From NCBI GenBank assembly GCA_965219955.1, contig OZ244799.1, positions 1,248,001 to 1,312,000 on the forward strand: a stretch of DNA of 64,000 nt, given 5' to 3'. The position numbers and the translations under genes are program-made. Within the stretch, counting starts at the first letter, position 1. Every line of letters starts with the position of its first letter. Positions 9,747 to 19,037 of the stretch are shown in pieces. The notes beneath the pieces are model-generated. The model was not told the origin of the DNA, made no database searches, and saw nothing but the letters and a program-made list of their open reading frames with translations. Source of the DNA: a bacterium. GTDB taxonomy: Bacteria; UBA8248.

Positions 9747-10643
9747 ATGAACGAAATGAAGGAAATGAAAAAAGGGAAAGACGAGGCCTCGATGGTGTAC
9801 GTGCCCGCCGGTTCTTTCCGGATGGGGTCTGAGGTCGGGAATGCGGACGAACGACCCCAGCGCGAGGTCACTCTCGACGCTTTCTGGATGGATAAATATT
9901 GCGTGACGAACGCACAGTACCGCGCCTTCCTGGAAGAAACCGAGGCATTCTCGCCGCCGCCCTCATTCTCGAGGGATGATTTCGTGGGGCCGGAGCAGCC
10001 CATCGTCAGCATCAGCTGGGAGGAGGCGAACGCATACGCCCGGTGGGTGGGCAAGCGCCTGCCGACCGAGGCGGAGTGGGAGAAGGCGGCGCGCGGAACG
10101 GACGGGCGCAAGTATCCATGGGGCGAGGATGAACCCTCTCCCGGGCGGGCCGTCTACGCGAGTACGGAAACCGATATTCACTGTCCCGCCAACGTGGGCG
10201 AGTTCGAAGAGAGCGCCTCTCCCTACAATTGCGTGCAGATGGCCGGAAACGTCTTCGAGTGGGTCTCGGACTGGTTTGACGGGTTTTATTACCAGACGGG
10301 CCCGGCGGAGAATCCGCAAGGGCTCGAGAAGCCGACCTTCGAGGTGGCGATGGCGAAGGTGCCCGTATTCGCCGTTCCGGGCGGGGGAAATCTGAGCCTG
10401 GGCGAAGTCAAGCGCGGCGAGCGCTACGAAATCCTGCACCGCGACGAGGACAGCTACAGGATCCGCTTCGGGAACACCGAGGGCTGGCTCCCGCGCAGGG
10501 CGGGCTACGCCTGGACGGCCAAGGTCGCCCGCGGCTGCGGCTGGGACTACATCGAAGACAGCCTCAGGTGCTCGGCCAGAGAGGGCTTCGAGCCCTGGTA
10601 CAAGAATTTCAACATCGGCTTCCGGTGCGCGATGGACGCCTGA
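9747..10643 (+). CDS. FGE-sulfatase (SUMF1/EgtB/PvdO) family protein with an SH3-like insertion
   Basis: VTNAQY, RLPTEAEWEKAARG, MAGNVFEW and NIGFRCA. About 55-aa insert before RGCGW. Confidence 0.88.
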   Translation: MNEMKEMKKGKDEASMVYVPAGSFRMGSEVGNADERPQREVTLDAFWMDKYCVTNAQYRAFLEETEAFSPPPSFSRDDFVGPEQPIVSISWEEANAYARWVGKRLPTEAEWEKAARGTDGRKYPWGEDEPSPGRAVYASTETDIHCPANVGEFEESASPYNCVQMAGNVFEWVSDWFDGFYYQTGPAENPQGLEKPTFEVAMAKVPVFAVPGGGNLSLGEVKRGERYEILHRDEDSYRIRFGNTEGWLPRRAGYAWTAKVARGCGWDYIEDSLRCSAREGFEPWYKNFNIGFRCAMDA

Positions 10644-11155
10644 AGTTCATTTCTCGAAATCTGCAGGGCTCAACTACCTTCGACTGAAGAATGCTTCGGG
10701 TGTGAGAACCACGCGCCGAAGGGCGTCGTCCACCCGCTTCCTGGCCAACCAGGCGACCGCGCACTGCAAACTATTGCAGGACGGCTCCGCCCAAGATGCA
10801 AGGAGGGCCTGACTGCTCCACAGAGTTCCTCTCTGCCGGATCCGGTGACGCCCGCCGCGACCTGATGGAACGCTTGCTCGGAGGTCGCCAGTTATCGCCG
10901 CCGTTCCGGCTTCCCCAGTGGACACACGGGAGCGCGGAGTGGAAAACATCTGATCCCTGCATGAAGACATCTGGAGAATGAAAAAGGAAATCCATCGCTA
11001 TATAATGATTCATTGAGAAAACCGAGCAAACAAGACAACGGCGGCGACGGTCCATCTCATTCCCGAAACATTGCCGGCGATCAGCTCTGCCGCAAGTCAC
11101 AATCGGGATATCCGGGCCTCGAACTTGCCGCCAAAGGCGGGGCTGGTATTCTGCC

Positions 11156-11767
11156 GTGGTTGCGCACCCGTTTTGGAGGGGCGAGTTGAGAATTCATCTG
11201 AAGAGGTTCCTGAAGGTTCTTCACACGATTGCCGCTTGTGGCCTCATCGGCGGTCTGTTGACCATCGTCAGCGCAAAGGCCTGTGCCGCTGCCGAACAGC
11301 ATCTGCGCCTCATCGACCGCCTCGACCGGCCGCGGGACGGCTATTGCATCGACATTCCGGGCACCCCCGGCAATCTGCGCACGGATATCCCGCTGTTCGC
11401 CCACAATTGTAAGGTCGGGCTGCCGCCGGACGCGGCCGTCGTGTTTACACCGGAAGGCTATATCCGGTTTCCGGCGCCCAACAAGTGCGTGACCATTGCC
11501 GGCGTGAATCGGGGCGCCCTGCCGGGCGCCGCCGCGATGCTCGCCGATTGCGGCGCCTCGTCCATCTTCTTCAGCGCCGCCAATTTTCAGCGTTTCGAGC
11601 TGAAAGCCGACGGCAAGCTGGTCCTCAAGAATTCCAACCTGTGCCTCGCGGTCGGCGCCGTCTCCGCCGCCACCTACTCAAGCGCCGACCGCTGGCGAAC
11701 CCTGTTTGTGGACGATTGCGATAGGGCGGATCCCAAGCTTTCCCGCTGGGAGTTCATTACGCCGTAA
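11156..11767 (+). CDS. Secreted ricin-B/beta-trefoil lectin-like protein
   Basis: Hydrophobic leader followed by three Cys-paired repeats (GYCIDI..HNC, KCVTI..ADC, LCLAV..DDC). Start uncertain. Confidence 0.7.
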   Translation: MVAHPFWRGELRIHLKRFLKVLHTIAACGLIGGLLTIVSAKACAAAEQHLRLIDRLDRPRDGYCIDIPGTPGNLRTDIPLFAHNCKVGLPPDAAVVFTPEGYIRFPAPNKCVTIAGVNRGALPGAAAMLADCGASSIFFSAANFQRFELKADGKLVLKNSNLCLAVGAVSAATYSSADRWRTLFVDDCDRADPKLSRWEFITP

Positions 11768-11841
11768 GGTGGCTTGCCGCCCGAAAGCGGGCGCCAGCCG
11801 GAAGTGCATCAGCGATGCGTCCGGTGTGAAACCTCACCCGA

Positions 11842-13368
11842 TCAGGCCGAAGTGCCCGCCCGGGAAACCCTGAATCGGAAGATCATCGGCACGATCGGAA
11901 GGACGAACAGGACGACGGAAACCATCATCAGCACCGCCGCGATGGGGTGGCCTGCGAAGTCGAAGAAGATCCCGGGGTCTCCGTGGCTCATGATCATGCT
12001 CTGGCGGAAGGTGCGCTCCGTGAGTCCCCCCAATACCAGCGCCAGCACCATCGGGGCGAGGGGATAGTCGAGCTTGCGGAATATGTAGCCGACCGCGCCG
12101 AATATGAACATGAGATACACGTCGAACATGTCCTGCGTCGGCGAGAACCCGCCCACCGCGCAGACGACCAGGATGATCGGCGCCAGGATCGTCATGGGCA
12201 TCCTGAGCATCCAGATGAAGATGGGGACGGCGAAGATGGCGACGATGACCGCCATCGTGTTTGCGATGTAGAGGCTCCCCGTAAGCCCCCAGACGAACTC
12301 CGCGTTTTCGACGAACAGCCGGGGTCCCGGCACGAGCCCCCAAACGAACAGGGCGCCGAGCATGACCGCCGTGGTCGGGGAGCCCGGGATTCCCAGCGTC
12401 AGCATGGGGAGCATGGAGCCCGTGCTCGCCGCGTTGTTGGCGCACTCGGGCGCGGCCACCCCTTCGAGGGCGCCCTTGCCGAATTCCTCCGGATTTTTCG
12501 CAAACCGCTTCGCGATGCTGTAGCTCATGAAACTCGCGGGCGTGGCGCCCGCGGCGGGCAGCATGCCCACGAAAAACCCGAGCAGGGAGCCTCTCACGAT
12601 CGTGGGGGCGCATTTCGTGAGGTTCCTGAGCGTCGAGATGATCTCGCTGACGCCGAGTTTCGCCTGGTATCTCTCTTTCGTCTTGAACCCTTCTTCCAGG
12701 GTGTAGAAAATTTCCCCGACGCCGTAGATGCCGATGGCCAGCACCAGGAAATTGATGCCGTGGTAAAAACCCGTGATGCCCCCGAATATCAGGCGCGGCG
12801 AGCCGCTCACGATGTCGGTGCCCACGGTGGACATGAGCAGGCCCAGCATGGTGGCGATGATGGTCTTGAGCGGGCTTTCCCCGCCCAGCCCCGCAAAGGT
12901 GGCGTACGCCAGAAGCACGACGGCGAACTCCTCGGGCGGGCCGAAGCGCAGGGCGAACTCGGCCAGGGGCGGGGCGAAGAAGGTGAAGAGGACGATGGAC
13001 AGGGTGCCGCCGATGAAACTGGCCACCGCGGCCGTCACAAGGGCATCGGCGGCTTTTCCCCTCCTCGCCAGCGGGTAGCCGTCGAACGTCGTCGCGACGG
13101 CCGTGGACGCGCCCGGAATGTTCAGCGTGATCGAACTGATGGCGCCGCCGTACATGGCCCCGTAGTAGATGGCCGCCAGGAAGATGATGGCGCTCGTGGG
13201 CGGGACGGCGAACGTGATGGGCAAAAGGATGGCGACGCCGTTCACCGAACCCAGGCCCGGCATCGCGCCGATGGCGACGCCCAGCACGACGCCGAACAGC
13301 GCCATCAAGAGGTTTTGCGGCGAGAGCGCAATACCAAGACCGTAGAATAGGTTTCCAAGAATCTCCAA
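11842..13368 (-). CDS. tctA: Tripartite tricarboxylate transporter, large permease
   Basis: GAMPGLG, YYGAMYGGAI, PECANNA and LTLGIPGS motifs. Confidence 0.95.
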   Translation of the reverse strand: MEILGNLFYGLGIALSPQNLLMALFGVVLGVAIGAMPGLGSVNGVAILLPITFAVPPTSAIIFLAAIYYGAMYGGAISSITLNIPGASTAVATTFDGYPLARRGKAADALVTAAVASFIGGTLSIVLFTFFAPPLAEFALRFGPPEEFAVVLLAYATFAGLGGESPLKTIIATMLGLLMSTVGTDIVSGSPRLIFGGITGFYHGINFLVLAIGIYGVGEIFYTLEEGFKTKERYQAKLGVSEIISTLRNLTKCAPTIVRGSLLGFFVGMLPAAGATPASFMSYSIAKRFAKNPEEFGKGALEGVAAPECANNAASTGSMLPMLTLGIPGSPTTAVMLGALFVWGLVPGPRLFVENAEFVWGLTGSLYIANTMAVIVAIFAVPIFIWMLRMPMTILAPIILVVCAVGGFSPTQDMFDVYLMFIFGAVGYIFRKLDYPLAPMVLALVLGGLTERTFRQSMIMSHGDPGIFFDFAGHPIAAVLMMVSVVLFVLPIVPMIFRFRVSRAGTSA

Positions 13369-13449
13369 TTTACTCGGCCCTTAGGACAAGCCTTGCCCCA
13401 CGATTACCGGGATTTCCCTGACGGATGGGCAAAGGAAACGGTGAAATCA

Positions 13450-13941
13450 TCAGTTCCAGTAAAACAAAAACTCCGCATACCCCTTCGGCAGGGGGATGAT
13501 CAGGAATTTTTCGAAAATGTAATACACCACGACGGGCACGCCAATCGACACGCCGAGGCTCGTCTTGAGGTTGTGCCCCCCGACCAGAAACAAGCAATAG
13601 AAGATGAAAAGGGCCGCCGAGAAATAGACCGAGATAACGCCGATCAGGAGAATCATGATCATGCCGGGCAGGCCGACGCGCATCAGGTCGCGCAAGCCTT
13701 CCCGGCTCATGAATACTCCCGCGCCGGCCGTGGCGGATTTGTCGCGCCGTGAGGAAGCCAGCGACTGGATCAGCACCATCAACGCCACGGCGGCGATTCC
13801 CAGAGAGAGCCAGAAGGGGAGGAAGCCCCCTCCCGGCCCTTCTTTGGGAAGAATGCCGACGGGTAGTTCCGTAGCTTTCCAGGCGACGCTAAGGGACACG
13901 AAAATCAGTCCGATGGCGACTATCCTATCCGCCCGTTGCAT
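13450..13941 (-). CDS. tctB: Tripartite tricarboxylate transporter, small permease
   Basis: Four TM segments, GPGGGFLP, C-terminal FEKFLIIPLPKG, and position between tctC and tctA. Confidence 0.9.
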   Translation of the reverse strand: MQRADRIVAIGLIFVSLSVAWKATELPVGILPKEGPGGGFLPFWLSLGIAAVALMVLIQSLASSRRDKSATAGAGVFMSREGLRDLMRVGLPGMIMILLIGVISVYFSAALFIFYCLFLVGGHNLKTSLGVSIGVPVVVYYIFEKFLIIPLPKGYAEFLFYWN

Positions 13942-13960
13942 CTAAAGTCTTCTCCACAAA

Positions 13961-14965
13961 CTAATTCTTCAGCAATCCCATGCCCATGAGCAGCTTCTTG
14001 TGCTTCACGTCCTCATCGGCGAAGAATTTGCCCAGCGGAGCGCCGCTCAGGCAGGCGCGGTTCAGCGCCTTCTTGGACGTATAGTCTTTCCACTCCTTGG
14101 AATTGCACAGCATGTTGAACAGGTTCGTATACCATGCCAGGGCGTCCTTGGGGATGCCGCCGGGCGCGTTGATGCTGCGCTGCATGAAGTACACGAGTTG
14201 CGGCTGGCCCAGTTCCTTGAACGTGGGCACTTCCTTGAACGCCGGGATGCGCTCGGGCGTCAGCGCGGCGATCGGCTTCATCTTGCCGGGATAGTGCGGC
14301 AGACCCTCGGAGGGGTTGTTCACCGTCGAATCGACGTGGCCGCCGGCGAGGTTTTTCGCCACGGTGCCGCCGCCCCGGAAGGGCACGTAGGTAATCATGC
14401 CCTTGAGGCCATAGGCCTGCATGAGCATGTTGGTGACGAGCTGGTCCTCCTGCATCTTGCCCGTGCCGCCCATCGTCCATTTCCCTTTCTTGGCCTTCAC
14501 GGCCTTCACGAAATCATCCATGTTCTTGATTCCGGATTTCGTGTTGACCCAGAGCAGGAACGTGTCCATGGCCAGGCGGTAGACCGGCGTGAGCTTCGTG
14601 TAGTTCACCGGCAGCTTCCGCAGGGCAGGGGTCGTGAAGAAGCTGTTCAGCGTCACGAGGATGACGTGCGGGTTCCCTTTTTTCGATAGCAGATAGAGCA
14701 TCGCCTCGGCGCCCGAGCCGCCTTTCTTGTTGATCGGAACCAGGGGCTGCGGCGACCACTTGTTCTGGGTGACGATCTTCTGCATGAGGCGGGCGATGCG
14801 GTCCGCGCCGCCGCCCTTGCCCGCCATGATGACGAATTCAATCGGGCGCGTGGGCTTCCATGCAGCGAGGGCCTGTGTGGTCCCCAGCGCAACGACGATG
14901 AGCAAACTCAGCGCAAGGGTGAGGAACGGAATAGCGCGTTTCGATGGTTTCAGCGATTTCATCAT
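13961..14965 (-). CDS. tctC: Tripartite tricarboxylate transporter substrate-binding protein (Bug/TctC)
   Basis: Signal peptide, PTRPIEFVIMAGKGGGAD, YVPFRGGG and VPTFKELG. Confidence 0.93.
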   Translation of the reverse strand: MMKSLKPSKRAIPFLTLALSLLIVVALGTTQALAAWKPTRPIEFVIMAGKGGGADRIARLMQKIVTQNKWSPQPLVPINKKGGSGAEAMLYLLSKKGNPHVILVTLNSFFTTPALRKLPVNYTKLTPVYRLAMDTFLLWVNTKSGIKNMDDFVKAVKAKKGKWTMGGTGKMQEDQLVTNMLMQAYGLKGMITYVPFRGGGTVAKNLAGGHVDSTVNNPSEGLPHYPGKMKPIAALTPERIPAFKEVPTFKELGQPQLVYFMQRSINAPGGIPKDALAWYTNLFNMLCNSKEWKDYTSKKALNRACLSGAPLGKFFADEDVKHKKLLMGMGLLKN

Positions 14966-15228
14966 ATTCCCTCCTGTTTATGCTGCGGAATGCTGTGCCT
15001 GCTACAGCGAAAATGATCCCACGACTGGTTTATGATTTGAAGATGACGAATGCCCCCCACTCTCGTCAAAGCTGGAATTTTTCGAAAAGCATAACTTTCA
15101 CAGCGGTTGCGAATTCCCGGATTTTACCATGAAGCAGCGCGCTTCTCAACGATGCGATTTTCGCCGGTGGGCGGGAATTGGCCGCATTTGCATTGCCCGG
15201 GGCGTATGAAGCGTCAAATCGCCTGCGT

Positions 15229-15672
15229 TTAGGTTTCCTCGATATCCTCTCTCGATTCGAACTCCCTGACGGCGCGGCGGATGTAGGGAGGCACGCGGAC
15301 GGGCTTTTGCGACTCCCTGTCGATGATCACATAGGCCGTCTGCGACCTGGCGACGAAGCGCTCCGACTCCGCCTCGTAGATCTCATAGTCCATCCTGATA
15401 CTCGTGTTCCCGATGTCATGGATGCGCGCGTAGACGTGGAGCACCTCGTCGAAATGGGCGGGTGCGAGAAACTGGACCGAGGCGTCGACGATGACGATGT
15501 CGTACCCGCGCTCGAGCATGTCGAAGTAGGGGACGCCGATGGTGCGCAGGTAATCCATCTGCGCGGTATCGACGTAGAGGAGGTAGTTGGCGTTGAACAC
15601 CACGCCTTGCAAGTCGGTCTCGCCGAAGCGGACGCGCATTTCACTCTTGTAGCTGTACTGGTCTTTGGGCAT
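15229..15672 (-). CDS. Acyl-CoA thioesterase (YbgC/4HBT family)
   Basis: RVRFGETDLQGVVFNANYL hot-dog fold motif. Confidence 0.9.
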   Translation of the reverse strand: MPKDQYSYKSEMRVRFGETDLQGVVFNANYLLYVDTAQMDYLRTIGVPYFDMLERGYDIVIVDASVQFLAPAHFDEVLHVYARIHDIGNTSIRMDYEIYEAESERFVARSQTAYVIIDRESQKPVRVPPYIRRAVREFESREDIEET

Positions 15673-15725
15673 AGGGCCTTTCTAATGAAAACGCCCGGAA
15701 TTCGCAAACGCGCGCGCGGCGTCAA

Positions 15726-16050
15726 GAGGCTGTTGAAAAATGTATCCTCGAGGGAATACGGCCTGTTGCGCATACGCCGTCCTTGCCCGCAATACCCTCC
15801 TCATCCCGAGTAGGCGCGCTTGCGCGCCGTATCGAGGGAGCGCCTCTTCGACAGGCCCAGGCAAGACCCTTCGATACAAACGCTCCTTTCTCAGTCGCGT
15901 TTACCTTCGGCGGCTACTCAGGGTGAGGCAGATATGTTGGCATGCAAGACGAGAGTTTGACGCGAACGATGGGGCCAGTTCCGACCAAGAAAAAAAGAAC
16001 TGCTTTGATTGCGCCCGCCCGGAGATGCTGTTTTTTTTTTCAATAACCCC
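15726..16050. mobile_element. MITE-like unit with an inverted pair of CTCATCC(T/C)GAG..CGTATCGA modules
   Basis: GGCTGTTGAAAAA at 15728 and TTTTTCAATAACC at about 16036-16048. Confidence 0.65.
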
Positions 16051-16147
16051 TTCAAATGTGGCCTTCGGCTTGTTCCCTCACAGGCGTCGGTTATAATAGC
16101 GGCGGCCGGGATGGGGCCGGTCGGTTATCAATCACTCGGAGTCGTTC

Positions 16148-17416
16148 ATGATCAGCGTGGAAGAGGCTCGTAACTCGATACTGGAGATGATACGCCCGAT
16201 GGGGCGCGAGCGGGTGGGCCTGCTCGATTGTCCAGGCAGGGTGCTGGCTGAGGATGTCCAATCCTCACGGCCCGTTCCGCCGTGGAACAACTCCGCGATG
16301 GACGGCTACGCCCTGCGGGCGGAAGACGTGACGGGCGCGAGCCGCGAGACGCCCAGGACGCTGAAAGTGGTCGAGGAGATCCAGGCGGGCGTCGTGTCGA
16401 CCCGCACGCTCGGCCCGGGCGAGGCCATCAAGATCATGACGGGCGCGCCCATCCCGGACGGGGCGGACGCCGTCGTGTTGGTGGAGGAGACGGAGCGAAC
16501 CTCCGAGGAGGAGGTGGAGATATTCCTCGCTGTGCGCGAGGGAGAAGCGATCCGGCTTGCCGGTGAGGACGTCCAGCCCGGCGAGACGGTTCTCTCGCAA
16601 GGAACCCGCCTTGGCGCGGCATCCGCCGGCATGCTGGCGAACATCGGCCGGGCGCGGGTGTACGTGTACCAGAAACCGAAGGTGGCCATCCTCGCGACGG
16701 GAGAGGAACTCGTCGATCTGGGAGACGCCCCAGATGTGGGGCAGATATTCAACTCCAACTCCTACGCCCTGGCCGCCCAGGTGCTCGAAGCGGGCGGCGA
16801 GCCGGTTCTCCTGGGCATCGCCCGCGACAACGCAGAAGACCTGACCCGCCACATCAATGACGGCTTGGCCGCCGACTTGCTCATCACGAGCGGCGGCGTG
16901 TCGGTGGGTGATTTCGATCTCGTGAAATCCACGCTGGGCGGGCTGGGGAACGATATGCGCTTCTGGCGCGTGCGCATGAAGCCGGGCAAGCCGATGGCCT
17001 TCGGCGTCCTGAACGGCAAGCCCGTGTTCGGCCTGCCGGGGAACCCCGTCTCCACGATGGTCAGCTTCGAGCTTTTCGTGCGGCCGTCGCTGCTCAAGAT
17101 GCAGGGCTTTGAGAACCTCTTCCGCCCGAGCGTGGAGGCGCGCCTCCTGCACCCGCTCACGAAATCCCCCGAGCGGCGCCACTACGTGCGCTCGGTCGCA
17201 TACCGCGACGGGGACGAATGGGCGGTACAGGCCATCGAGGCGCAGGGCTCCAACATCCTGCACTCCATGGTGCGGGCGAACGCCCTGGTCGTATTCCCCG
17301 AATACGAGACCGAACTCGCCGCCGGGAGCCGCGTACAGGTGATTTTGCTGGGGGAGACGCCCTCTCAAAAACCCGAGCACCTCGAGATGTCTACCCCGGA
17401 GCGGGTGCACTCCTGA
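16148..17416 (+). CDS. moeA: Molybdopterin molybdenumtransferase
   Basis: NSAMDGYA, IMTGAPIP, TSGGVSVGDFD, MKPGKP and GLPGNPVS. Confidence 0.97.
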   Translation: MISVEEARNSILEMIRPMGRERVGLLDCPGRVLAEDVQSSRPVPPWNNSAMDGYALRAEDVTGASRETPRTLKVVEEIQAGVVSTRTLGPGEAIKIMTGAPIPDGADAVVLVEETERTSEEEVEIFLAVREGEAIRLAGEDVQPGETVLSQGTRLGAASAGMLANIGRARVYVYQKPKVAILATGEELVDLGDAPDVGQIFNSNSYALAAQVLEAGGEPVLLGIARDNAEDLTRHINDGLAADLLITSGGVSVGDFDLVKSTLGGLGNDMRFWRVRMKPGKPMAFGVLNGKPVFGLPGNPVSTMVSFELFVRPSLLKMQGFENLFRPSVEARLLHPLTKSPERRHYVRSVAYRDGDEWAVQAIEAQGSNILHSMVRANALVVFPEYETELAAGSRVQVILLGETPSQKPEHLEMSTPERVHS

Positions 17417-17459
17417 AGAAATTGTTTTTCGACAACCGACTCTTCCTCGAGTGTTCTGC

Positions 17460-18083
17460 ATGAGTCCCGAAACAGCGCCCGAACTTCCCTATTCCGCCGC
17501 CATTTTGGCGGGCGGCCGGAGCCGCCGCATGGGGCGGGACAAATCCATGCTGGAGATAGGCGGCGTTCCCGTCATCAGGCGCATCGCGGACACTTTGGGC
17601 GGGATGTTCAGGGATGTGTTCGTCGTGGCGAACGAGAAAGCAGAATACGAGCGCATGGGTCTCGATGTGGTGGGGGACATTCATCCGGGCAACGATTCGT
17701 TGGGCGGCCTCCATACCGCCGTGGCGACGGCGAAAGGCTCGCACGTCTTCGTGGCGGGATGCGACATGCCGCTCTTGCAACCCGCGCTCATCCGCGGCCT
17801 CGCCTCGATGGTGGAGGACTGGGACGTAATCATCCCGATCAAGGACGATTACCCCGAGCCGCTTTGCGCGTTCTACGGAAAGAATTGTGCGCCCCACATC
17901 GAGGAGTCGATTTCGAGAGGGCGTCTTAAGATGATAGGGTTTCACGAACGTGTGTGCGTAAAGCTGGTGGAAGAGGCGCTCTGGAGAGAGTGGGACGCTG
18001 AAGGCGCCTCTTTCCTGAACGCGAACACGCCCGAGGAATTCGAAAAAATCAAAGCCGTTTCCATGGGGGGAGAGCCGAAATGA
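17460..18083 (+). CDS. mobA: Molybdenum cofactor guanylyltransferase
   Basis: ILAGGRSRRMGRDK, GCDMP, EPLCAFY and NANTPEE. Confidence 0.95.
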   Translation: MSPETAPELPYSAAILAGGRSRRMGRDKSMLEIGGVPVIRRIADTLGGMFRDVFVVANEKAEYERMGLDVVGDIHPGNDSLGGLHTAVATAKGSHVFVAGCDMPLLQPALIRGLASMVEDWDVIIPIKDDYPEPLCAFYGKNCAPHIEESISRGRLKMIGFHERVCVKLVEEALWREWDAEGASFLNANTPEEFEKIKAVSMGGEPK

Positions 18084-18538
18084 GCATTGCCGAGCGAATG
18101 AGTGAACTGGGAATCGAACTGCCGGATGCGCCCGCGCCCGTCGGGGCGTATGTGCCGTACGTCATCTCCGGGTCCTTGATGTTCATCTCGGGGCAGATCC
18201 CCATCAGGGACGGCAAAATGATCCATGAGGGAAAAGTGCCGCTCGACGTCACGGTCGAGCAGGGCCAGGAGTGCGCGGCGCTCTGTTTCCTGAACGCCAT
18301 CGCGCAGGCGAAAGCGGCCCTGGGCGATCTGGAGCGCGTGGAGAGGATCGTGCGGATGAGCGGGTACGTGGCCGTTGCGCCGGATTTCACCGCCCAGCCC
18401 CTCGTCGTGAACGGCGCGTCCAATCTGGCCGCCGAGATTTTCGGGGACAAGGGTTTGCACGCGAGAGTGGCGGTCGGCGTGACGGAACTGCCCCTGGGAG
18501 CGCCCGTGGAACTTGAAGTGATACTTGAGGTCAGGTGA
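18080..18538 (+). CDS. RidA/YjgF family protein
   Basis: APVGAYVP, ISGQIP, NGAS and HARVAVGVTELPLGAPVELE. Confidence 0.93.
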   Translation: MSIAERMSELGIELPDAPAPVGAYVPYVISGSLMFISGQIPIRDGKMIHEGKVPLDVTVEQGQECAALCFLNAIAQAKAALGDLERVERIVRMSGYVAVAPDFTAQPLVVNGASNLAAEIFGDKGLHARVAVGVTELPLGAPVELEVILEVR

Positions 18539-18584
18539 GTTATGTGGGCCTGTATTAAGGGAGTACAGCCGTCGTGTGGAGAGT

Positions 18585-18927
18585 TGATAAAGACCCGTGG
18601 AGCGATTTTGCTTGAGCGTACGTTTTTGAAGTTCACTCCCCCCTTGAGGGTCTGGCTTCCCGAGGGGAAAGCCAGACGAAGAGCTAAGGGCGCAAGCCCG
18701 AAAGCGATTCGGTGGGGGGTATAACTCGGACTGGCGATAAAACGCATTTTACCCCCCACCGAGTCAGCCTTCGCACAAACCGCTCGGCTTCCTCGACTCC
18801 CCCTCAAGGGGGGAGTGGTTGGTTGACGCTCTGCAAGGGAGGAATAAAGTTTCATCCCTCCATGGTCGGCTCCATACGTGGAATCACGAAATCAAGGCTT
18901 TCCAACAGCCCTCTCAAAGGGGAGTGA
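18585..18927. mobile_element. MITE-like unit with the filled palindromic element (18633-18818)
   Basis: Inverted copy of 4901-5086. Left flank shared with 21633-21668. Right end TTTTCCAACAGCC. Confidence 0.7.
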
Positions 18928-19037
18928 ATTTCTTCTTTACTCGGTCGGGTTTGACCCCGACGCTTACAATGCCCGGGCATCCCTGTATAATCCTGCAGGA
19001 TAACAAGTCGCCGGTGAAACAAAATGGTGGGGGTTCA

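Noticed and set aside
9747-10643. Possible diversity-generating retroelement target (FGE-type C-lectin fold ending in GFRC)
   Set aside because: No template-repeat copy of the 3' end and no reverse transcriptase were seen in the window.
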